A DNA stretch of 64,000 nucleotides from Negaprion brevirostris (Eukaryota): positions 28,434,698 through 28,498,697 of the forward strand of contig JARDVH010000106.1 of assembly GCA_030324005.1 (NCBI GenBank), given 5' to 3'. Shown piece by piece: positions 12,538 through 25,619 of this stretch. Every line of letters starts with the position of its first letter. Position 1 is the first letter of the stretch. The position numbers were made by a program, and so were the translations under genes. The notes beneath the pieces are model-generated. The model had not been told where the DNA came from. It saw only the letters and a program-made list of their open reading frames with translations, and searched no databases.

Positions 12538-12904
12538 AAATTTCAGGGCAAGTATGGGACAGTAAATGGAATCTCTCGTTTTAAATTCACAAAACTTGCT
12601 ACTGGAATTATTTAAATTGGGTCAATTATTCTGAGGGTAAGAAAGTACACACATCTCACATAAGAAAAACACAAATTTTGTTTGTGACAAATGGGCTTTG
12701 TTGATCGTTGTTCCACATAGGGTATGTTAAGCATTGGGTGCATTAAGACTATGCAGACCCTTCCACTTTAAGAGAGTTGGAATGCCGCCAGAAGATAGTT
12801 TCAAAATAGGTTAGTAAACTGTTCTCTTTCCCTTTTCCAATCACAGCCACCTCTAGCATTAGTTTCTCTAACTGCCTCTATCTTTATTGCGAGTCTAGCC
12901 CCAT

Positions 12905-13520
12905 CCACCCCCTCATTTATCATGCTGGCCCCCTGCAGGGAGGGTCATGTGCCATATCTATACCAATGACACAATTCTACTTGTTCTCCTCTTCACTGAA
13001 TCCTTCCAATGCCTGTATTTTGACAGATTACTTGTCCAAAATCCAGCCCTGGCTAAGTTGCAATTTCCTTCAATTTAAGGATAGTTTTGACATCTGCCAC
13101 AAACTCCTTCCCAGCAATTTTATTGCCACCTCCCCCAGTCACCATCTCAGGTTGAATCAGTTCACCACTGTTGGATCCAAATCGACTCAGTGTTGAGCTC
13201 CATCACAAAGAGCACCTTCAGAACAGTGTCCTCCTCTGACCTTCTGTTACCAAAATATACACATCCATGTCTTTCCTCCTCACCTGCAGACTCACTTAAC
13301 TGTTGACAATGACTAAAGGCATAATCTCTGCTTTCCTTAAGACGCAAATCACTCCATCCGTCTCTCCTCCTTTAAAATCATAATTTAAAAAGCATTTCTT
13401 GACTAAGCTTGCATTATGCATTCTGTATCCTCTTCACTAGCTCCATGCCCATTTTTGGATAATGTTTTAGCAAAATGCTTTGGGATGCATTTTCTACATC
13501 ACAGACTCTACATAAGTATT
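12905..13520 (+). mobile_element. L2 LINE RT/3' fragment
   Basis: TQFYLFSSSLNPS...LTDYLSKIQPWLSCNFLQF resembles L2 YADDTQLY...LSDCLSDIQxWMSxNFLQLN. L2 tail near 13480-13517. Confidence 0.8.
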
Positions 13521-16079
13521 GATTCATGCTGTTGTCACATTTATGGTAAAGGAGATATGAAACATGGATTTTCCTAATGTGATTACTGTGACTGGAATTT
13601 AATTTGTTGCAATAATAAAGTAACAAATTTATTTTTTCAAAATGCAAATCTAATATTTATACCATTATAATCTATCATGCTGTCCTCCACTAGCAAAATA
13701 GTAAAAGGAAATATGAATCAAGATTTAAAGCATCTTCATCAAACATCAATGTTAGCAATATTTTGACGATGCAGTAATGCAGTTGTGTGTGCAGGGTTCA
13801 TTTTGTGGGTGTGGGGACAACCATGATTGTTATATTTTTGTTTAGGAGCAATGAATTATAACAGGTTGCAAAATGTATTTTTCCCCACCCAAAACAGGTG
13901 CCTTGTAAATGGTATATGCAACAGAAAAAGAACAGAAATCGATCCAATACATTGTTGGAAGTTTTATAAACCAAACCTGCACGTGCTTTTCACCAATTTA
14001 GAATAATTTGATTAGCATATCTACTGGTCTGGCGTTTCTGCTAGACATATAAGCTGAAAGCTAGCCCCAGAGACTCATCTGCCCTGCTGATAAAAAAAAT
14101 TATGCCTAAGCATCTTCAGAAACTTATTGGAATATATCCACACATACAATGGACAGATATCATCTGAAACAAGGAAAACTTATGCCATACATTCTCTTTC
14201 TTTAAATATGAAAAATGTAAGCTTCAATTCACTTCACTGTCATTTATGTGCATTCAGAATCTGAAACCAGGTGAGCTTTTCAATATTTAATGGAACTGCT
14301 ATTTCTGCTACAAAAATACATTTAAAGCAAGACAAAGTACATAGCAGGCCTCTTGAGAATAAAGCTTTATAAACATTCAAAAAATTGCCCTATAACCGAA
14401 GTAGAATTGCTTTACTATGCACCCGAAACCTGGTTGCAATATGAAAAAACCATTCAACAAGCCTAACGTGAGGACACTCACATATGAGTCATGAAAGCAT
14501 AGCCATTTTTACAGGTGTAGGAACTCATTCTAGTAGTGAGCTTTACAGATGGCTGTGAAAGATATAGGAAACAACAAAGTATTTGTAGTTCTGCATTTAA
14601 GTTCCACAAACAATCAAAGCAGATAATGCACCCAGGTTGTGCGTGTCTCTGGTCATATGGCTGAGAAAACTACAAATGATTATTTAGTAACATACTTTAA
14701 CTGGATGCTCTTAAACATGCAGTGAGTGACTTTTTATGGATATTGCAATATTACACATTTCATAATTTGCAAGAATTGATATTACGTTCCACCACAAAGC
14801 GCAGAGCTTGCATTTAGTTCTTTAGAGATTTATGCTATCAATGCCTCAGTTTAACATTTCACTACACTGAGTCATCTGCTGAGGTTATATTTCAAATCAC
14901 TGGATTGAGGCTCGAATCCAAGACTTGATTACACACGAGCAAGGACTGACAGTACAAAATGTGGACTTGTGCCCATTAATCCCACCAAGTTGCCAGTTTC
15001 AGTCATGGTGGGCAGCATTTTTTCTTTTGCATCCCACGCCCGCTAGTTTACTGAAGTAAATTTCCTCCTCTTGGATAGATAATGTACTGTATAGAAAAAT
15101 TAAGACAAAAGGAACAAACTTGGAACATCAATACATAAGAAGAATCAAATTGGAGATTGGAAAAGATCTATACCTTTTGTTACTTCCATTAAGTACATGC
15201 TAAATTAATTATATAAAGAGAAAATTATGAAGTATCAGAAAATTCCTTGCCATCAGTTTTTGATTCCGAAGGCTCTTTGACTCCTTCTCAAGCATAAAGC
15301 TTCACAGTCCTTTCACTTCAATTTGCAATTATTCACGTGTTGAATCTTCAGAGTTCTGGCAGTCTATTAAGCCACGTGGGGATTGTCATAGTTCTTCCCG
15401 AATGTATCCTTAGTTGACGAACAGTTGTAACGGGAGTATTGATACCAATTATGAGCAAGACCTCTAGTGAATTTTCCATTCCCAACCACAGAACACCTAC
15501 TTTCCTATCCTGAGATAAATAATTGACTTAAAGCCAAGGATCAAACCAAAGATATTGGTGGTCCAAACAGCTGTTACTTGAGATAAGCACTCAGTTACAA
15601 TAGTAACCCAACCACAAATTGCAACACATCAAAGCTGATAGCATCACTTGGTCATTAGCGCACCAAAACAGAAACATTTAAGTATTTTTACATTTCTTAA
15701 TATATGACACAAACACATTATAGGCTCAACTATTAAAATATGTTTCACCATTAAATCTTGTCAAGTACACCATCTTAACTTTTCAAAACCATCGATAAAA
15801 TATCATGTAAAATCAATTTATCACTGAAAGAGTAATGCACTTCAAGTAGATATGGTGCATTACTACAATTCCAATTATGAAAGTTAACTTGTACTGGAAT
15901 GGAAGTTTACAGACACTAACTTTCCATTTCCCCTGCCATCACCGTGTGAGGTTCATTTCCCGAACCTTTGCGTCGTGGTGGTGGCGGCGGCGATGAGCTG
16001 GTGTCATATGTCTGCATGCTCATATGGTGGCAAATGCAACTGATGCGCTGAAATTACTCAATGTGTTGTTTACTCAATG

Positions 16080-16228
16080 CGTCAGGTGAGTGGACCCACT
16101 CACCTGGCGAAGGGGCAGAGCCCTGAAAGCGAGTGGCGTTTGCTACCAAATAAACCTGTTGGACTTCAACTTAGTGTTGTCAGACTTCTTACTGTGTTTC
16201 CTCCAGTCCAACACTGGCATCTCCACAC
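16080..16228 (+). mobile_element. Penelope-like terminal fragment with degenerate hammerhead motif and short inverted 5' piece
   Basis: CAC-CTGGCGA-A-GGGGC-AGA-GCCCT-GAAA-GC-GA-GTG followed by AATAAACCTGTTGGACT. Perfect 11-bp inverted repeat at 16083-16093 / 16096-16106. Confidence 0.7.
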
Positions 16229-17649
16229 CTTGCTCATCAATGCCACAGAAGTTTCCCCGGATTACCACTGACTCATTGACTTTGAGTGATCTAAGCACCA
16301 ACAGTTAATAGCATCAACACAACATAAAAGCAACTTGCCCAGTTCTAAACCCAACCTCAATTACTGCAGTGTAGCAATAAAGGATTTATTTTACCAGATG
16401 TGGAACTGAGGTTTGTTGTCAAAAATTTAGGGAGGAAATAAACACACTAGAAGTGTTTCCAAGTCAACTAAGCAGCTTTATTAAATAAAACAATCCTCAT
16501 GGTGCAGAGGAATTCTATATCTTGTGCTAGCACCTTTCATATATCTTGCATGACACTGAACAAAATCCAGCTCAGACCTTACAGAATCAAATTAATTTCA
16601 AGTTTCAAGACTCAGTAACCTAGCCATGATATGGCATTATAAACTTGCTCAGGAATCTTATGTTCTTCTCTCTCCCACCCCTCTTAAAACACACGGAGAT
16701 TATGAGCAGAGTTCAAAATCACAGGTGACTTTGAAAGCTCTTGACTGAACACTGAACAATGCATCCCATTTCAAGAGATGGGGCTCTTTTGTGCCATTGA
16801 TGCAAAAGAAATATTGTTGCACCTGCCCAGGTGGAGTGATGCTGTGTTACATTAATCCAAAAGAACAGGAAGGCCATGTGTAGTTTGAAGTAGCACAAGG
16901 GATTGAAAGATGGCTACTTCGGAGAACTGCATCTCTCTTAAGCAGACTGTCCCTTGTTTCCACATTATGGATATGTTTCTAAGTTATGAATTAATTTCTA
17001 AGGGAAATAGCTAACAAAACAATTAGATATTGAATGCAGAGTGTTGAACAAACCAAGTAATTTATCAAAAAATTAAGATGCGAGATGATTTATTGAGGGT
17101 GTCACAGCATCTCTAGAAATAAATGTTGTCTCTGACATTTATCCAAAAGCATTTCTGATGGTATAGCAACATTAATCACAGGATATAATTAAAGTAATAT
17201 ATTGCAACCCAGTATCAACTAGCTAGGCACATACATTTACACATTTGGCACTAACCTTCAGCACCGGTCAATACTTGTTTAATTGCATACATTTCTTATA
17301 ACATACATGTTTATTATACAAAAAAGAGTTTTGAGGAGCAATTTTGTGTCTCCCTTTCCTGTTTCTATACCCTCTTAAAGTGATCTGTTCTCCCACAAAG
17401 AAGCTACAATTTCTGCTTGACAATAAATCTACTCATACAACAACCTTACAAAAGGTAACCCAATCGTAATAGCCTATACTTACAAAGTAAACTTTCTCCA
17501 TGCTGCTTCTCAGTAGGACAAGTAAGCTTTTCAAAGATGCGCATATATCGCTGAAAAGTTTGCATCCTGCGTCCACAAATCATCTTACAAACTTCAGCTG
17601 CATGGATGACGACAATATGATTCTCCACAATATTTTCTGTTGAATCCAT

Positions 17650-17791
17650 TAAAGTCCAAAAGGTATGTAGATGAGATGATCAGCCATGACAAATGTGCAG
17701 GATTACAGGTGGAGGGGGGAGCCTGGGTGGGAAGGTGCAGACTCAGTGGGCCAAATGGCCTCTTTCTGCACTGTAGGGATTCTATGGTTCT
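17650..17791 (+). mobile_element. HE1-type SINE 3' part
   Basis: GGTGCAGACTCAGTGGGCCAAATGGCCTCTTTCTGCACTGTAGGGATTCTATG tail, shared with other HE1 copies in the window. Confidence 0.75.
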
Positions 17792-19732
17792 AATATTTTC
17801 GTTCACTATGTACATTTTTCAATTAGAAACAAAGTGTAATGTTTGGGCTACATGTGAATATCTTTGGGTACATCATACTCTCAGTTCCTGCCAACAAACT
17901 ACTCTAAGGAACAAAACTGCCCATTGATGTTGAAGATCTTTCTAGGATGTTGCTCTCTTATGCTGCAGTTGTTTACCTCTAGACTATCTAATGAAACAGT
18001 TGTGGCCACACAAAATGCTGGACTATTGGATATCATAGTTGTTGGGTTGTAGGCAGGTAGAGGTTCTGGCTGTTGACGAATCAGATGATGAGGCAGCTGG
18101 ATAAGTGGCATGTGTAGACACTGAGGCAGTGGGACCAAGTTACTGTCGTCAATGTGCAGGCGAGTGCAGCAGATGATGGAGAGGAATGAGAATGGTCTTT
18201 CTTAGCTTCCAAGTTGGTCAATTTAAACTATCATACGTTAAAGTCTGAGGGCATCTCCTGCTTCTCANNNNNNNNNNATCCACCTCCTCCCATCTGAGTG
18301 AAATGATTGCCCCTTTCTTTAGGAGATTGGCCTTGATTCCTATTTGAAGGATTGGCTTTCATTTTTCTGCCTTGCGAATAAACAGCAAGAGCAGACAACA
18401 CTATTCCTTTGCACCAGTTTTGTTTCGTCAGGTATCCTGCGAAGATCGGCTTCACTTTATCCTAGTTACTTGCAGATGGGGTTTCACTCATTCAAAATTT
18501 TCAGCCATCACTTTGGTACCTGGTCTGGACCCAAGTTTCCAATTTCCTCTGCAGATACCACCCCAGATATTCCCTTTCCAATTCAATGCCAAAGGAGTCA
18601 CCATTTATCTTTTGAGTAGATTTTCCATCTGATACTTGGAATTTGGTTAATCACTGAGCTGGAGTTTTTCGTTTTAGCAACCGATTGCTGTCAATAGTAA
18701 ACAGTCACACAGAAATAGCATATTTTTGTGCAGACCTTTAACATGTCCCTAGACATATTCTGGCTTTATTTCAGAAATTGGCATTAACTTATTCTTTTGC
18801 AAGATTATCTGATGAATTTGAACCTGCCAGCGTGACTCTCACCTGCCACTTCTCCCAAAATGAACATTTTTGATTAGTACCTGATCTCCTGAACGAAGCA
18901 GACCAGTTGGAGTCATATCATACTGCTTTTTGCCTCCTGCAAATGATTTAGCTACATTGCAAGATACTACCTCATACGCCTGCTGATTCATTCTCTCCAC
19001 TTGTGTGCATATTTGCTATGGCACCATGTGGCACACCCATCCTCTGCATTGTGAAACCCAAACGCCATGTCCATGGTGAACTACCAAAAGGAGATAAAAT
19101 GTAGTGTAGCCAGGAGCAGGCTGCCAGATGCAGTTGTATGCATGCACATCCTTGTTGATCTGGTTCTTTATCACTACTTGTTGTAAGTAGAGTGTGGAAG
19201 CATCCTAGACAGTATCCTGCTAAAGCATGCTACATGACCATTACCCACTTGTATATTTTACTATACAAGTGGAGATGGTTGAATGGGTGGTTCTCAAATT
19301 CTCATCCCTGATCATGGTGTATTTTCTTGGCGAATCTAAACCTCAGTATTAAAATCAATGAACAACTAGGCAGGTCTTGGGGCAGCGGTAGCACCTACTT
19401 CTGGATCAGAAACTCCAAGTTTTGAGGCCCACGGTAGGATTGTTCATGTCAACTCAACAGACTGATAATCAGCCCAAGAATCCTTCCACTGCCTCCTCAA
19501 TGTTTTCCTAAAGAAGAAATTATGAGTAAAGATACAATACTTCGTCAGCTGTTATCTTGGCTGATTTAGTGGCTGTTTAATCTTTGATTCTTAAGTACCA
19601 ACATGCACTCTCATCTCCCTGTATTTTTTTCCAGTTGGGGGATGTCAAAAGAGACAAGTTCAAAGCACTTTGTGGTGAAGACTGGTTTGAGGGGTGCTTT
19701 AGAAAGGGTATTGAGTTTCCACTGTTTCTAAC

Positions 19733-20013
19733 CATGGTAGCTGGTAGAATTTAAATTTCATTAATAAAATCTGGAATTGAAACTACTTCCAGTAAATAGT
19801 GACCATGAAACTATCAATGATTGTTATAAAAACCTATCTGGTTCTTAACATCTTTACCTGTTCTGGCCTTCAAGTAATTCCAGATCCATAGCCATATGGT
19901 TGACTCTTACCCGCCCAATGAAGTGGCCTAGCCAGCCATTCAGCTCAAGATCAATTAGGGATGAAGAAATTCTAGTCTTACTGACAACACCCACACACAG
20001 AAAGAACAAAAAA
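19733..20013 (+). mobile_element. tRNA-derived SINE body with LINE-type tail
   Basis: AATAAAATCTGGAATT...GTGACCATGAAAC...GTTGACTCTTA...GAAGTGGCCTAGC...CAATTAGGGATG. Related copies at 29850-30138(-) and 38865-39025(+). Confidence 0.65.
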
Positions 20014-20049
20014 GACAAGTATAAAATAGAGTAGTGTAATTTTCATACG

Positions 20050-20700
20050 ATTTGATTTATTGACACATGTAATGGTACAGTGAAAAAGTACTGTTTCTTG
20101 CGCACTATACAGACAAAGCATACCATTCATACAGTACATAAGGGGGAAGGAAGGGAGAGGATGCAAAAAGTAGTGTTACAGTCATAGCTAGGGTGTAGGG
20201 AAAAATCAACTTAACATGAGGTAGATCCACTCAAAAGTGGCAACAGGGAAGAAGCTGTTCTTGAGTCAGTTGGTAACAAGGCAGAAGAGTGTACGTCCGG
20301 GCACATGGGGTCCCTGAGTATGCTGGCTGCTTTTCCAAAGCAGCGGGAAGTGCAGACAGTCAACGAATGGGAGGCTGGTTTGCATGATAGACTGGGCTTT
20401 ATTCACAACGCTTTGTAGTTTCTTATGGTCTTGGTCAGAGTTGGAGGCATACCAACCTGTGATACACCAGAAAAGATGTTTTCTGTGGTGCATCTGTAAA
20501 AGTTGGTGAGAGTCATAGCGGAAATGCCAAATTTCTTTAGCCTCCTGAGAAAGTGGAGGCATCGATGGGCTTTTTTAACTATAGCATCAGTGTGAAAGGA
20601 CCAGGACAGATTGGTGGTGATCTGGACACCTAGAATCTTGAAGTTCTCAACCATTTCCACTTCATCCCCATTGATTTGGACAGGGGCAGGTCCTCCACTG
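20050..20700 (-). mobile_element. Rex1/Babar-clade LINE 3' fragment
   Basis: ORF 20403..20660(-) VENFKILGVQITTNLSWSFHTDAIVKKAHRCLHFLRRLKKFG...TNFYRCTTE and ORF 20266..20562(-) CITGWY...KLQSVVNKAQSI. Confidence 0.85.
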
Positions 20701-23700
20701 CACTAACAGCTTTCACTCATTGAAGGTGATGACCATTCTATGCAACCCACTTCTTACATCTTACTTATGGATGAACCTTGTTTTGCTTTAAGTATGGGAG
20801 CAATGATTAGATCTTGCTCTTGGGCACCCCTCATGTCCTTTTGGAGAGAAGCTCCCCACAAGTGAAGGAGGACTGCTCTTTCATTAGGTAGATTGAACAA
20901 TCACAGTGAAGGACTCAACCAGCAATCAAGGATTGTATTGGTATTGCCCTTTCCATGGCTCAGATGATTGTAGGTCGAGACACTTTGGTAGTGGAATCAA
21001 AGTCTACAGGCATTCTGCAAAGAGAATCTGCCACACTGTTCTTACTAGGAAGGTAATTATGGAATCTGCCACCTCAGCTACCAATTGCTGACTGGTTATG
21101 TCCTCTGCTCAGCAAAGTTTAAAGTAAGCAAATTAATGTGTATTCGCTATGGCACCATGGGACACAACCATCCTCTGCATTGTGAAAATTGAAAGCCATT
21201 AGTAAAGGGAGTCTCCAAATTTATCTCTACAGGGTCCAACTCAAAACCCACTCTCAAGATGATCAGGCCAAGCGCTTGGCCTCACATTTGAGAAAAGAAT
21301 ATCTGCTGGGCCTTATTTTAATTCCTTGCTCCTGAAGGTACCTCAGGACTTGCTTCAGACCTGGTATATGTGCCTCAGAAGGATTCATTGTAACAGAACA
21401 TCTAGATGTAGAACGTCAATTTCTCCTGTCACCAAAGCTCGACTCAGCGCACCTTCCGAAGTTAAATGTTGCACAATTCGTATAACCCTCACAGGGTTAT
21501 GAAAGCAACTGCTGTTCGGCTTTCTTCTGCAATAAAGCCTTGGTGNNNNNNNNNNCCATTAGTGCGGCATGTCAAGCCAGGACCTCCCTCAGGATTGCCC
21601 AAGGCATCTTGAATCCGAGGTATTGGCTGCCAGTCTGATATGTTTTGCTATTAAATTCCTACTAGTCTATATTGAGACAAAGAGTCCCATCTTGCTTTCC
21701 AGTCTCCGTATATGACCAGAGATAAATAGAATCTTGGTGATCCAGCCTTAATTTATCATGTGTTGAAGGTAGACTCTGACCTCTCCAAGCTATGATGGGG
21801 GTTAAACATGTACATTTTTTGCANNNNNNNNNNNNNNNNNNNNNNNNNNNNNNNNNNNNNNNNNNNNNNNNNNNNNNNNNNNNNNNNNNNNNNNNCGCTG
21901 TAATGTTATATGTTCTATGTTCTATGAACACCACGGTGACAGCCTGACATTAGTCTTCTATTAAGGAATGAAGATCCACAGGAAGCACAAAACTCTTAGA
22001 GCTATCCCCCTGTACTGGTTTCAGAGAGTCAGCATTAGAAATCTTATCTGGTGCTACTGTAAACTGCAAAGCTTCAGCTGCATCAAGCATGTCATTTGGT
22101 TCCCTACATTCACTTCTTCAGAGTCACATCATGATTGGCAGTGTTTGCTGCAGTAAGACTTAGATAGCATGGTCTGATAAGTTCTTTCAATGACCTCAAG
22201 GGCTTGATGACTCTTTCATGGGTCAAGTGTTGCCTGTATATCTACAAGCTGCCTCTTCATAATGAGGACACTGCCGTATCAGTTCTGGATGCAGCAATCT
22301 TAGACATCAGAACGCTCTTGTAATGTTTCCTTTCCCTTGATCTTTCTGTTCCTCCCGAGATTCACTTAGATATAGTTGCAGCATTAAGCATCTCAAGCAG
22401 TATTTTGTCCTTCGTTTCAGGATTTTCTAAATAGGAGCAAAGTTCATTCTTAACTGATTTATTCCATAATCCTGTCAAGAGAGTGTGCAGAAACAGGGTC
22501 ATAATTATGCGCAGATCCTATCTCTTTGCTGACAAATGTGTGTTTCTGTCCAAGATAAAGCACTTAAAGGAGGACTGGGCTGAGTCCCCACTTTCTTGTA
22601 CTAGTCCAAGAAAGATGACAACACAATTCTGTTGCACTTTTCTCCTCTCAGTGTGACCTCAGCATGCAAAGTAGGCTAGGTAGTGCCTTTAAGGTAGTTT
22701 CTGAGGGAGGACCCTGGGACTAGGGCACTTTCCTGTGATTTCTTGCTCTTGTTGATGCTGCTTTCATTCTGGTGGATGAAGTTGGCAATTATCAGCCTCT
22801 GCCTCTGTCCAGGTTTCCCCGTGTGTCCTGAGACCTTGAAATCCCAAGTGATTTGTAATAAATTTGCCTGGGCAAGTATGAGTTCGGGAGGAACACATGA
22901 AGATTCTTTCTCCACTTCTCCAGATGGTTACTTAAAATCTTCAAGTCCACCCAACAGACCCATCAGCCTCTTGACAACTAGCAACAATTTTCCCTTAACG
23001 CCCCTTCATTCAGTTGCTGCGTGTTTCTCCTTACCAGTGCTCTACCTGTCCCTCTGTTTTGTCAGCACTGGGTACCTGGAGGTTCCAGCCTACTTGCATC
23101 AATTCTTTCAGCTCTACGTGAAGCCAAAATTCTGGTAGATCTCTTAAAAAAAAATGAATCAGCCCTTGTGACCTAGCCACCTGGCTCCCAATGTTCAGCC
23201 TGATTTTGAGGTCCCTATGTACTCTTCTACCTGCCCTTTCTCACCCATAGCCTTGTCACCTGAAAAACCTACTTCGACCCTATGTCACTTTGAAGTATTC
23301 TCCATAGAAGTTTGCTCTTGTCACTGGACAGGTACGGAGGCTCATCCTGCAGGCAGCCAACCCATCTGGGGTACAAAAGTTCATTCCACATCTAAGTTCA
23401 AGTCCAAGACCTAAACCAAGATAATTACAATTCTAGTGACATACATACAGACAATACCTCTCATTGGTACAAACTATATTCAGATGTGTTTAAACCAAAA
23501 TGGTATAAAGTTATAGAAATTCAGATGTTTTCTACAAATTTGCAGCTTGACCAAAAATACTGGCAGATTTGCAAAGTTGAGGCAGCAGTTTGATGCTGAA
23601 CACAATCATAAAAATTAAGAGGAGGAAAATGAGACAAATTAAATCTCAGCTGCTCAATGACATTCCAAGGATAGAGTTTTAACACTTCCACTAAAAGTAC

Positions 23701-23816
23701 TGAAACTTAGAAATATGTTCATTTGTAAAAATGATTTTCACAAAATTATTTAGATTTTTTTTTGAAAAGTTCATATAGTTAGGTTTGCATTGAGATGACA
23801 AAATGCATTTGTCTGT

Positions 23817-23942
23817 AGAATCCCTACAATGCAGAAGGAGGCCATGCAGCCCATCGAGTCTGCACTGACTCAAAGTCAAACCCAGAATTGAGCCCAAATC
23901 CCTGGCACTGTGAGGCAGCACCTGGCGAACGTGCTGCCCACT
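23817..23942 (-). mobile_element. Internally deleted HE1-type SINE
   Basis: Reverse tail TAGAATCCCTACAATGCAGAAGGAGGCC is joined directly to the reverse tRNA head CCCTGGCACTGTGAGGCAGCA. Confidence 0.7.
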
Positions 23943-25619
23943 AAGCAAGACTGGCAATGCTAAATGTTAGGCATATTGTTCTAAAATTAGTGGCATTTCA
24001 TTTCACAAAATAATGATAAATATGCACTGGGCGATACATTTTTTAACTATCTTGGTCTCAGTTAGTAAATGTGCTCCATAGTACAAGGACCATGCTGACT
24101 CCTGGTCAGTGCTGAGCAAAATGGACTCAGCTAGGGGGCTGCAATTGACGTGAAGATCTTTGGTCAGGAAAAAAAGACAAACTAGGTTTATCCTGGCAAC
24201 CCACAGATCTCATCAGGATTTCAGCTCTATCCGTAACCACCAAAGCCCCCCACAAGAGGACACGGCTCTACACTATTTCTCAGTATCAATTCACTAAAAA
24301 AAAATGCACTTGGGAAAAAGAATCCTGAAAACATTCATCACACACCGGCCAATCAAAGCAACTACATTCTGTTTCAGCTTAGCACCAAAGCATATGTTTG
24401 TATTTCATTTAGATCACAGGATTGTGACTCCTACCCACTTTTGTTTTTCCACTGATTGTCGAATAATGAGCCTGGCATCGAACATTGGTGAATATGCTAC
24501 ACATGGCTTCAACGTACCAGGGTCAAGATGGAAAGAAGCTGAGTTTGTTTGTTTCTGTTCTTCATCCGCCAATACCTAGTGGAAGTACATGGGTGCAGAC
24601 ACCAAGATCAGCCCTGCATTAAGCATGAATGCTTGAAAGAAATACGAAGTGCCTGTGGAACCACACTGAGTGAAATCCAGAGGGAACTTGAAGAAAACTG
24701 AAGAAATACACAGCACTGGAATAATAAACACTTTGCTGAAGTCAGAGGGAGGTTGACGAGGGTAAAATAGTTAATGCTGTGACTTCCAAAAGGAGTTTTG
24801 AAGTGCCACATATAAGATTGGTTAGCAAAATTAATGGCCACATGATTGAAGAGGCAGGGCAGTGCAACACAAAATTTGCCTAGCAACAGAGTGATGAAAG
24901 GTTGCCTTTCCAGAATGAAAGGGACCAACATTTCCAGCTATTGCATTAGAAGCAGTGTTCTTTATGATGGAAATTAATAATCTAAGCTTGGATATATGGG
25001 TATAATTTCAAAGTTCGCAGATGACAGTACGCAGTTCACTAAGTAGTAAGGAAGATGGCAAAAGGGTTGAAGAGGAAATTGAAGGATTAACGAACTGGTA
25101 AGCGCACAAAGCAGATTAAGTTTTAACAAGTAAGTGTAGAGGTGGTGCAATTTGGCAGGAGAAAGTGAAATGATAATATAATCTAAGTGCTACAAATTTA
25201 AAGTAGTGCGCAGGCTTTTCATGAGGGGAGTGTTGGAGAGTGGCTGCACATATCCTGCTGCCTTAACAGGCTGTGTAAGCTCCGTTAAATGTTAATAAAA
25301 CACTGAGTGGGCTTCAGAACTGGAGTATTTTGTCCTGAAATGGATGGTGTACTTGAAGGATGGCAAAGAAAAGATTTTTACTAGAATCTGCCAAGGAAGA
25401 CGAATTACAATTACGTGGATAAACTGCAGAAGTTGGGATCACTCTTAAAGCAAAGAGGGTTCAAAATCATTAAGAACTTGGGGAGCACAAAAAAAAAAGG
25501 AGAAATTGTTTCTGATGCCAGAATGGTCAGTAACCAAGGGACGTAAATTCATGGTAATTGGTTAAAAAAAAGGAAGCATTTTCATTATAAACACAATAAA
25601 ACAGCCAGCTTGACCAGCA

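Larger units (their letters stand above)
18300..23340 (-). mobile_element. Decayed R2-clade (RLE) non-LTR retrotransposon, interrupted by later insertions
   Basis: Collinear degenerate motifs on the minus strand: ADKTEGQVE (Myb-like, ~23050), TVAPDKISNADSL (~22040), FLNRRLMSG (~21955), QNISDWQPI (~21630), HQGFIAEE (~21530), GEIDVLHLDV (~21410), LRYLQEQGI (~21335), WLHYILS (zinc-knuckle-like, ~19100), TPTGLLRSGDQVLIK (~18890), VTPLALNWKGNIW (~18580). Confidence 0.55.

Noticed and set aside
17838-17852. GTTTGGGCTAC resembling the reverse of the 28S R2 target (CATTTGGCTAC) near the R2-like 3' end
   Set aside because: The match is short and gapped, with no further rDNA similarity.
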